Positions 32,839-52,804 of a DNA stretch of 64,000 nucleotides are shown here, in pieces (positions within the stretch are counted from its first letter, which is position 1; every line of letters begins with the position of its first letter). The notes under the pieces were generated by a model that was not told where the DNA came from, searched no databases, and saw only the letters and a list, made by a program, of their open reading frames with translations. This stretch comes from Salpingoeca rosetta (lineage: Eukaryota > Protista > Choanoflagellata), in NCBI GenBank assembly GCA_033442325.1, contig JAWQFM010000006.1:155198-219197 (forward strand), given 5' to 3'. A program made the translations under genes and the position numbers.

Positions 32839-32924
32839 CGCGCACCAGCACGCGGATAACAGACAGCCAATTCATGTTCTTTCCTTCCTCTTCTCCTCTG
32901 TACCCCCTCCCCTTGGTTTCTTCT

Positions 32925-34380
<1,456 letters not shown>

Positions 34381-34614
34381 TCTTCGCCCTTCTGCGTGTG
34401 TGTGTGTAAATGTACGTGTATGTATGTACGAGAGAGTGTTCGGAGGGGAGTGCGGAGTGTTGGTGGTGGTGTTTGCTTGGCCTTGCTGTCTCGTGACTTG
34501 CTTGCTGTCTTGTGTTTGCTTTGCTGTGTGTTGTTGGTGTTGCTTGTCCGCTGCTGTTGTCGTTCGCTCGTCGCAGGGATGAGGCGTTTACTGAAATTCA
34601 CATAAAATCATTCA

Positions 34615-34861
34615 CTAATTATCGGCAATGCAAGGTGAGTCGTGCGTCATCATGGTGGGTGCTGGTGGGTGTGGTGTGGGGAGAGTGACCACACCATGTT
34701 CATGTTCATGTTCATGTTGCTGGTGTTGATGTTGGATGGTGAGGACAGATGACGGTGCTGCCGTTCGAGCTGTTGCTGTTGAGGCCACGGTTGTCATGTA
34801 ATGGGGACGCTTAAGTACAGGCCCCACACCTTCTTCAACCATTGTCTGCTGCTGCTGCTGC

Positions 34862-34901
<40 letters not shown>

Positions 34902-35265
34902 GGTGTTGTTGTTGTTGTTGTTGTTGTTGTTGTGTTTTGCGTTGCCTTTTGGCCTTTCGCTTCTGCCGCTGTCGCGCTGCCTGCTTCTCGCTCTTTGCCT
35001 TTCGCTCGTGCGCAGGCTTCTTCCAATAGTCAAACTGGCTGCTGATGACGCCGTAGATGCGCTTGCACAGGTCGTCCTTGCCGAACCGCAGCCATGCGTT
35101 GCCTTGTGCAGGTATCGCCAGCTGCTCAAACGCCGCCTTGACCACGGTCGGCCATTCTGGTGTGGCATCCAAGGCGCAGGCAACAGACACAAACGCAAGC
35201 GCGAAAACGGCGTGCGGGTGAGCCTCCGATCGGCAAGTACACATGGTGCACACGCAGACACGATT

Positions 35266-35341
<76 letters not shown>

Positions 35342-37604
35342 AGAAACACACAGAAACACACAGAAACACACACAGCGCACACAAACATAAACAAATTGTG
35401 CACGAACCCGCTTTCTTGTGCTGTCCCCGCTCGAAGCAGATGTCGTGGGCCTTGAGTTGCTCCTTGACAACCTGGCGCAGTTGCGCGCGAAGTTTGCTCG
35501 TCAGGACAGCACAGGTCTCCCCGCCATACCCACCGTGTGCGCTGCACCATGTACGCGTCCCCGCCGTGATGGGGGGCATCGTGGTGGCTGGGCATGGCAC
35601 GACAGGGCTTGGTGCAGTCATCATATTGCCGGTCGCGGGTGTCGCATGATGTGCACGAGCAGCAGAAGCAGCAGCGGCAGCGGCAGCGGTGGCAGGATGG
35701 CTGACATCACTGATGCCACGCGTCGTGCACGCGAGACACTGAGAATGCGGAGCATGGTGGTGGTGGTGCTGTGGTGGCCGATGGGGATGGTCGCTGTTGT
35801 CAATGCCTACGTCATCATGGCCGGTGCTTGCGTGTGCGTGTGCGGCGGCAAACGCTGCAGCTGGTGCTGGCACTGCATCGTGCTGGTGATGATGATGATG
35901 GTGGTGAGTGTCATGGGCATGGTCGTGGCAGCAGCGGGCTTGGTGGTGTGTGTCCAAACCCAACGCCACCATGACGTCTGTCAGCACGTGCGCATGGATG
36001 TCGCGCGCCATGTCCTGCACGTGTGTCAGCACTGTGTTGAGCACCTTGGATGAGAGCGTGGCTTCAAGCTGCGCAACCCTCTCCTCCAGCCGGTGCATGT
36101 GGGCAGCGCACTGACCACTGCACACATCCCCACCATGCATAGTCGAGGGTGGTGCCACAACTGCTGCTGCTGCTGATGCTGATGCTGATGCTGATGCTGA
36201 TGTTGATGCCAGTGCAATTGTTTGCGTTGTTGCCCGTGCTGCTGCTGATGAGGAAGACGAGGAGGAGGAAGACGAGTGCGATGACAGCTCAAGTGCCGGT
36301 GGCTGCGCCTGGGGCTGGTGCTGGTGCTGGTGCTGGTGCTGCAGCGGTGGTGGGTGCAGCGGGGTGTGTGGGGTGGGGCCTGCTGGTGCAGGCGCAGACG
36401 CGGCGCGTGGGAAGAGGGAGAGGGGATCTGGAAGCAGCGGGCGAGTGCGTTGGTCGAGTGCGAGTATGAGGCGGTCGTGGATGAGTCCGGGTGGTGGCGG
36501 TGATGGCGGGGACGCGAGTGGCAGCGGTGCCGGTGCAGACGAGAAGCGGTGCAGCGACGACACCGTGTGGGATGGGGTGTCACAAGCCAGAGCATCACCT
36601 GATGCGTGTGCTGCTGACGACGACGACAATGATGAGGGGAGTGTCGGCGTGAGATTGGGCTGGCTCAAGGGCACGCTGGTGTTTCTGAGCGCGAGCGACG
36701 TTGGCGCATCTCTTTGATGGGGTTGTTGGTGTTGTTGGTGTGATGCCAGAGTAGAAGGGGCATCAGTTGGGAACCCCGTGCTGCCACCGGCTGAACATGC
36801 GCTTCTTGACGCGGTGACTGCACCTGCTGTTGCAGCATTGCTCGTCTGCTGGTGCACCAAGGGAAACGGGTCCACAGCATACATGCTCGGTATCACGGGT
36901 GGCGCGCGAGGGCGGATGGCTCCAAGCAGCGGCGACTCTGGCCCAAGGTGGTGCTGGGCCATATTGGCTTGACTGGCATGAGCTACCGTGGTCGCTGCGT
37001 TTGTTGCTTGGATGCTCGTGTTGGCGGCGGTGGTGGCGGCGGTGGTGGTGGCAACGGTAGGGGTGGTGATGGTGCTTGATGTGCTCAAGTCAAAGCTGGG
37101 AAAGCTGTCCACCTGCTGCCCAAGCTGAACATGGGAGTGGGGATGGGCGTGGGGATATGACTGGTCGTGGCGTTCTTGGTGATGATGTGGGTGAGCGCCA
37201 TAGTGCTGCTGGTGCTGGTGTTGAGGGTGGTGGTTGTGGTTGTGGTGCTGGCGATGGTGTTGGTGCCGGGTGTAGGCTTGAGCTGAGTGTGTGGTGGGCT
37301 GGCTGCTTGCACACGAGCCCGGCGCTGCCGTGGGCCTGGTGTCATGCATCACGTGCTGCTGCGCTACCTGATGCAGTGGTCGGGGCTGAGTGCTCGATGC
37401 ATGCACGCTCGATGACAACAGCAAAGGTGCAGATGCAGAGGAGGTATGGGCTGCACTACCACCTGCATCTGAGACAGCATCAACGGCAGAGGGTCCAGAG
37501 ATGGGAAACGAGAACAGGTCTGTCGTGCTGAGGGACGATGGGCTAATCAGCGCAGCTGTTGTCGTCATTGCCGAGGTGGACGTGGAGGCTGGCATGGTTA
37601 GCTC

Positions 37605-37673
<69 letters not shown>

Positions 37674-38477
37674 CGCTGTTGTTGCTGTTGTTGTTGTTGC
37701 CGTCGTTGTTGCTGCTGTTGACACCGCTGCTGTTGTTGTTGTTGTTGCCGTCGTTGTTGCTGCTGTTGACACCGCTGCTGTTGTTGTTGATGCTGCTGCT
37801 GTTGATGTCGTCGTTGTTGTTGGTGGAGGTGTAAATGACAGGGCCTGTGTGGTGGTGGTGGTGGCGGTGATGTTTGGGGCTGTGGCCGATGTTGTTGTGG
37901 GTGATGCTGAAGCAACCGGCCTCAATGCTGGTCTTTGTGCTGATGTTCCCGTTGTTGCCGGTGCTGCATTTGCAGTGTGAGTGGTTGCTGTCGTTACAGC
38001 AACAGATGCAGAGCTGGTTTGACAAGCGAGCTCCAGCGGGCTGTTGGCGGTTGTGTTGTTGGCGGTGGTGTCGTGGTGGGAGGGCGTATTTGTGTAACTG
38101 TCGCTGTGGCTGGCTGTGGTTGCATGGGTGAGGGTTGTGGACGGAGGAGTTGCAATGAGAGGATGCTCCTCGATGGGCGTGCTGTGCAAGACAGACGGCG
38201 TATCATAGGAGTGTGTTTGCTGATGGTGCTGTTGTTGTGGGGGTGGACACTGTTCGTGATGGTGCTGTTGCTGCTGGTGTGGGTGTGGGGGTGGCTGCCG
38301 GAGAAGAGGCGAAAACGGGTCTGTGAGGAAGGCATTGTCGGACGCTGTGATAGCGGTGGCAAACAGGTCCTGGTTGTCTGTGACGGGTGTTGTCAGCTCC
38401 TCCGGCGCTGCCCATTCCGAGACTGCAGCATGGCTCTGCGGGTCATGGCTGTGACTGGGATGAACGTGGTGTGCCAT
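34615..38477 (-). CDS. Hypothetical ~1200-aa protein: His/Gln/Ser/Thr/Pro low-complexity regions, short coiled coil, small C-terminal helical domain and basic NLS-like stretch
   Basis: About 3.07-kb open first exon from the ATG at 38477 to a GT donor near 35408. A microsatellite intron follows, then a second exon EWPTVVKAAFEQL..SSQFDYWKKPAHERKAKSEKQAARQRQKRKAKRQRK, polyQ and stop at 34615. Confidence 0.7.
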
Positions 38478-38819
38478 CGATCATGTCACAGCAACATCCA
38501 CTCACGACGGCGGCACAAAAGCAGCCAGCTTCGTCTTCTTGGATGTGTGTGTGTTGTGTGTGTGTGCGTGCGCCGTATTGTGTGTGTGTGTGTGTGTGTG
38601 CGCGCGCCGTATTGTGTGTATGTGTGTGTGTGTGTGTGTGTCCGACAACAAAGGCAAATTGTACATTGCGTGGCTCAAAGGCAATTTTTACTTTGCGGGT
38701 GTGCAGAAAAGAAAAGCACAACAAGCGCGGGTTGAGATGTTGGATTGGCATGGTCAACACAGAAACAGAGCGAGGGCAGCGCAGGCCATATGGCGTGTGG
38801 GATGGAGGGGGCTCCTGAT

Positions 38820-41875
<3,056 letters not shown>

Positions 41876-43934
41876 ATGTACTTGCTGGATGCAAAGCGAA
41901 AGGCTGAGCGCAAGCAGAAGGAGCGCGAGGCCAAGGAAAAGCGGGAAAGGAAGAAACAAGAGCTGGCACAAGCCAAGGCGGAACGCAAGCGAGCGGTGGG
42001 TGTTCATGTGTGTGTGTGCGTGGTGTGTGTTCTTGCGTGCGTTCTTGCGTACTGCGTGTGTGCGTACTGCGTGTGTGCGCGTACTGCGTGTGTGTGTGTG
42101 CGTGTGTGCGTGCGTGTGTGTGCGTACTGCGTGTGTGTGCGTGTGTGTGTGCGTGTGTGTGCGTGCTTTTGGAGCACGCTTGCGGCCCAACTTCGTCGTA
42201 ATGGTCTCACACAGCGCTGATGTGCACAAACGCGTGCGTCACGCAACACGAAACCATGCGTAGCTGGAGGCGGCAGCTGCGCAGAAGGAACGGGCGCAGA
42301 TGGAGCGGGCCATGGCCGCATCCAAGGCAGAGGAAGAGCTGAGGCGCAAGGAAGAAGCGCAGATGCAGGAGGCCCTCCGCCGTTCCGTCGAGGAGGAGCA
42401 GGTACGCTTGGCGTATGCAATTGGGAATGTACGCGACACCGGTTATGTGGTACTGTGTTCGACGACGGTGTACAAACGCCTGTCAGAACACAGAGAGAGA
42501 GAGAGAGTGTGTGTGTGTGTGTGAGAGAGTGTGCGAGAGAGAGAGAGAGACATGGAGAGACAGAGAGACAGACAGAGACAGACAGAGACAGAGAAGGGTG
42601 GAGGAATGCACGGGCATGCATGCGTTTGCTTATGTGCATGTGTGTTTGTTTGTGTGGACGGGGTGTGCTCAATTGCCAATTGTTGGTTGTGGCTATGCAG
42701 CGTGCCCAGGCGCTCGCTCGACGACAGGCGCAAGCACGCCAGAAGCAGCAGGCAGCTGCCATGGAGCGGCAACGCCAGCGGCAACTCGAGCAGCAACAAC
42801 AGCAACACCGACAGCAGCAAATGCAGGCGCAGGCTGGGCGGCGACCAACTGCACCACGCGCAGCGCCGCAGCAGCAGCAGCAGCAGCAGTCCGCCTCTGA
42901 GGACCCCGAGCAGATGCTGCGGCAGTGGCGCGACGTCAAGGTCATGTGCAAGGTGATGTCCAGATTCTGTTTGCGTGTGTGTGTGTGGTTGTAATGAGAC
43001 ACGTTTGCACGGGTGTTTGGGTATTGGATTGTTGTGGTGTGTCCCTGTACTTGCGTGTGTTACATGCGTCGGCTTTGTGTAAATCACACCGCGTGACACA
43101 CACACACACCCCCACACGCACACACACACACACACACACCCCACACGCTCGCACGCACGCACACACACACACACGCTCGCACGCACGCACACACGCACAC
43201 ACGCACACACACACACGCACGCACACACGCACGCTGACGCCTGGCTCCGGCACCGCATCGCACCCTGTGCAGTATGTGGGGACGTTTGAGGTTGGCACGG
43301 GCGCCGTTGATCGCGAGTCTGTCAAGGCAGGCATTGCCGTCATGAAGGTTCGTCAACGCACCAGCTGTTGGCGACTGCTCCTGTGTCTGGTGTGGATGTT
43401 GCTTGTCGCATCCATTCGTGTCATTCTCACCACCGCCATCATCATGATGACATACACACACGCACACGCACACGCACGCACACAGGAGTATATTGCGCAA
43501 GGCCGCCCAGCGTGCCTGCTCGTGTGCCTCGAGGGCATCAAAGTGATTGACAACTCTGCATTTGCCGTGGTGATGGCACACGCCCTGCAGAACGTGACCA
43601 TGTGCACCGTTGTCAGAGACCACGCTCTGTTTGGCTTTGTTGCCCGCGACGCAACGCGGCGACAGCAGCAATACTGCCACGTGTTCCACATGCCGAGCCC
43701 ACGCCACGCACAGGGCACCCACACCACCGTCAGCAAGGCGTTCAAGCTCGCCTTTTACAAGCATCGCACGCGACAGGGCCTCGGTGCGTATGTGTGTGTA
43801 TGCGTGTGTGTGTTGTGTGATGTGTATGCGTGTGTGTGTTGTGTGATGTGTATGCGTGTGTGTGTATGCGTATGTGTGTTATCTTCATGCGTACATGTGT
43901 GTGTATGCGTATGTGTGTTTATCTTCATGCATAA

Positions 43935-43984
<50 letters not shown>

Positions 43985-44584
43985 ACGTGTGCTTTCGTGC
44001 GTACCTACTACAAATGTATGCATGTGCACTCCAAACTTGGCATCACCTGCCACGATTTGTCTCTCACCATTCCCCCCTCCCCCTCTTCCCATCTGGCAGA
44101 GACGAGCAGTGACGAGCGGGCGGAGCGGCGGCAGTGGGCGAAGCACAACCCGCTGCAGGGGGCGCCCCACCACAAGGACGTGCGCTCTCTCAGCACAAGC
44201 ACCGCATCCGAGCACTCACCGCGCCGCACACCGTCCAGTGAGGCGGGCCTGAGGGGGATGCCTGCCTCCCCATCTGCTCCACAGCACCACCACCACCAGC
44301 AGCAGCAGCAGCAGCAGGAGAATGATTTGTTGGAGGACGTGCAGGAAGAAGAGCCGCCAGCTGTTGTGGTGACGATGGAGGAGAGATATGACGCGCTTGG
44401 CTCGCAGCACCCCAGCCAGGACCCAGACCTGCAACCCCGCCCACCACAGCGGCAGCAGCGCCAGCAGCGCCAGCAGCAGGGCATGCGGTATGATGGCATT
44501 GTTGAGGAAGAGGTGTTCCCGGGCCCACAGCGCGCGACGCAACCGAGCGCCCCATCCATGGCCGCGCTTGATCGCGAAAGTGAG

Positions 44585-44624
<40 letters not shown>

Positions 44625-44667
44625 TGTCTGTCTGTCTGTGTGTGTGTCTGTGTGTGTGTCTGTGTGT

Positions 44668-44699
<32 letters not shown>

Positions 44700-45443
44700 C
44701 TGTGTCTGTGTGTGTCTGTGTGTGTCTGTGTGTGTCTGTGTGTGTCTGTGTGTGTGTGTGTGTGTGCCTGAATCATGCCAGCTTACCACCATCCGTGGTT
44801 CTTTTCGCGACACCACTCGCTTTCCCTCCTGCCCCCAACCACCTCCACACAACCCTGACCGTGCGACCATCCCACCTTTGTGCAGTGCAAGAGCTTGAGC
44901 TGCTGGCTGAGTCGCAGCAGGAGCAAGACGATGGTGGCCTTGCCTTGTTGGAGAGCGCACCGTGGTACCAAGCAGGTCGGCCACGCGGGGTGTTTGCGGC
45001 GGCTTGGACACATGTTGATGGATGCTGGGTTGCCGTTCTGCACGGTTGATACACAAGCCCACATTTGCATGTGCTCCACATGCACGCTCTCTCAAATGCT
45101 GAAATCTTCGCTTACATTCACTCACCCACTCAAATGCTTGCTCACTCGAACACCCACTCACTCGAACACACATGCACACGTGCATGCACACACAGGGCTG
45201 CCACGCGAGATTGCGATGGAGCTGCTGAGCATGAGCGATGACGGGGCGTTCCTTGTGCGCCAAAGCCAATCGCATGCCGGCCACTTTGCCCTCACCATGA
45301 AAGCCCTCGGCCGCATCCACAACTTCATCATCAAGGTGAGCACCAAGCCAGGACACTGTGCTGCTGCCTCGCTCTGCGCATCCACTGCTGGCAGTCGCTC
45401 ACTGACGATGTGATTGCATGTATCACTCGCGCTCACGTGATGT

Positions 45444-45498
<55 letters not shown>

Positions 45499-46030
45499 AG
45501 CGAACGGCGGGCGGGTTTATGCTGGGCAGTGAGCACGACGGAGAGCGCATCTTCCACGACCTCGGCGAACTCATCCTCTTCCATTCAGAGTGAGCACAGC
45601 AACCACCTCATGTCGTGTGTGTGTGTGTGTGTGTGCTGTTTCCATTTGTTCTTGCTTCTCCTGTTGCTTTTTCTTCTTGTTCATCTTCGTCTTCTCCTGC
45701 TTGAGCGCATCGCTGACATGCACACGCGTGCGCATCTGCACTACAATTAACCACACCAGGCATCGCGGCCTGCTTCCCTGCACGCTGAACCTTGATGCCA
45801 TGAATGCCCTCTCCAACGATCCATCCCCAGAGGGCGACGGCGATGAAGCCGGTATGTGAATTGTGATTGCCTTGGCTCTGCGTGTTTGTGCCCTATGTGT
45901 GTGATTGTTTGTGCCATGTGTCATCTCACACCGCCTCAAACCACTTTGTCTTGCTGCGTGGTGTTATTACACAGATCGTACATCGTTTATTGACCCAGAC
46001 TACGAGTCCCTGAGAGACATCAACTTCTGA
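41876..46030 (+). CDS. Adaptor protein: charged helix, two tandem UIM-like motifs, PTB domain, Tyr-containing linker, SH2 domain (SHC-like domain order)
   Basis: UIM-like MERAMAAS and MQEALRRS (exon 42264-42401). PTB: CK/YVGTFEV..LLVCLEGIKVID..FGFVARD..YCHVF..VSKAFKLAF. SH2: APWYQA/GLPREIAMELL..GAFLVRQSQSHAGHFALTM..IHNFII..FHDLGELILFH..LLPCTL. Final exon 45975-46030 RTSFIDPDYESLRDINF*. Start codon uncertain. Confidence 0.88.
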
Positions 46031-46465
46031 CACCAGCATGTACACACATACACACACCACACACACACACACACATCGCACACATCGCACACATCGCACA
46101 CACCACACACACAACACACACATCGCACACATCGCACACACACACAAACTCGACCTGACGATTATTGTGAATGGTTTCAGTAAACATTCGACTCAATTTT
46201 CGCCGCGAACGATTTGAAAAACCACACACACACCTTGTCATCGCTGTTGTGCTCCGCGACAAGAGCACTCGCTTGCGCTACTGGTTGGTTGTTTGGGTGC
46301 GTTGTTGTCGTTGTTTGGGTGTGGGTGTCTGGACTGAGCAACCACCATCCATCTTGCCACCAGTCTCAACGCCACAGTTGCCAAGAACCTACTCCCTGGT
46401 TGAAGCTTTGAAGACCGCGAGAACAGCTGTACTAATGCATATTCTTTCTGCTTGTTGCACGCGTG

Positions 46466-50833
<4,368 letters not shown>

Positions 50834-52804
50834 GCACTTCGCTGATTTGCATGTGCTTCATGCCCCCCCCCCCTTCTTCACGTACACACTACAGTCGCGT
50901 GCTGACGGTACTCGCATGGCCATTGTAGGTTCGAGGAATCCGTGCATGACCTTCTCACCCCAGCTGGCTTTGTATAACTTCTGGCACGCCATCATCACGC
51001 ATCCCTCCGCCAATGAACTGCTCGAGCGCACGTGTTGGTCATTGTTGCGCTCCCTCCCATCTGCTCGCGTGCGCGTGCATCGCAGCGTCTGCAACAGTGG
51101 TTGCTTCACGCGCTGCAACAATGGCTTGTTTGTTGGTTGTTGTGATGGTTGTGTGAGTTAGCTGCTGTGTCGTGTTGTTGTTCGTCTCGAGCAGAAGGTT
51201 TGTTTCTGCGTCGTCTGCAAGTTGCGCGCAGCCTTGTTTGTGCTTGTTTGGCGCTTGGGACGTGCCCGCATGTGGTTTGTGCCCATCAGCGCACCTCTTT
51301 GTTGCTTGTTCATGTTCTTGTCACTAGTTTGTGAGAGTCAGAAAGCCGACACGGGAGGCGCGAGACGTTGTTGTTCATTCTTGTTCACGTGCATTGTGAC
51401 ATGCGCGATGCACGCGAAAGAACGCACGTGTCCATGCCTCCCCTGCTTTGTTTGCTTGCTTGCTTTTTTTTGGTCTTCTTGTTCTTGTTCTTCTTTCCTT
51501 CCTGCTCATCGTATCTCCTCGTGTGATTTGTTCTCGTGACGCTCGTTGTTTCTTTCGCTCGTGCCATCCACCCAAAACACGCCACGTTCTCACCTGCACC
51601 TTCACCTTTGCCTTCTTTCTCTTTTCCCGCCCATTCGTTCATCATCACCTCCCCCCTCCCCCCTCGAGCGCCATGAATCGTCCTTCACCCATCAATCATC
51701 GTTGTCGTTGTTGTTCTCCCTGTTTTGGGGCTGTGCTTGCTTGTGGTTGCGGGGGGTCGCGTGAAGTCGTTCCCTGCTCCGTCCTGCCTGTTCCGTTACA
51801 ACCGCTACAACACAGCAGTGCACAAGGAAGAAATCTCTGCAACTTGCACGCACGTTCTAGCATGGGCGCGTGTGCACGAGACAGGACAGTGCTGCTGCAT
51901 TCCTCCCAGGGAGAGACACTTGAGCATACCGCACGCGCGCTCATGCCGCCACCCAACTGGAATGACAACCCAACAGACAAGTGTTGTTGTTGTTGGATGA
52001 CGTGACGTGTGTTTGGCTCGTGGACACATTCGCCACTTACTTCGCGTCAAAAAGTGGCGTTTCCTGACAAGTCGGGAGAGGATTGAAGGATTTGGGGGCT
52101 CCTACTTGGCATTTGGTTGGGATGCGTTGGTCAGCCATCCACGTGCATCGCCACCTTTCGCTTCACATGCCAGTGACAACGCCCCAAAACACATGCAGCG
52201 CTACCCAAGCAAAAAGTCACACAACAATGCACACCAGCAGCCGCATTCCCCAAACCTGCCGCACCGTCTTGTTGCTCTCTGCTGAGGTCGTCCGTGTTCC
52301 TCTCGCCCTGACCACACATGCAGGGCAACGTCCATCTGCGCAACGACATCGACGAGCAGCCACGCAGCAGCAGCAGCACATTGGTTGACGTCGTCAATTT
52401 GACCAACAACCGTCGTCACCACTTCCATTCATCCATCGACATACACAACCAGCATTACACGCAGCACCAGCAGCAACCACGAAACTCTCCAAGCACAGCA
52501 CACCACGAGAAGAAAGTCAGACAACAGCACGCAGCCAAACCACAGCAGGCAGGCGTACAACAGCACACAGCCAAACCACAGATACTACATACAGCAGGCA
52601 GGCAGACATACAACAGCAAACACCACATTCAAGCCATCCTCCGCTGATTACAAGCCAACCTCAGAGTCAGAACCTCAGACAGACAAACACACACTTGCTT
52701 GGGGAGGACCTTCCCCTCCTTCCAGCAGCAAGCAGGTCGCGCTCATCACACCACAGACAGAGCAGCCGACACCACACATCAAGAACACAGAAACAGGAGG
52801 CATC

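Noticed and set aside
52318-52647. 109-aa Gln/His-rich ORF upstream of the receptor
   Set aside because: No recognisable motif or splice structure; explained by CA-rich composition. It could be a uORF but there is no support.
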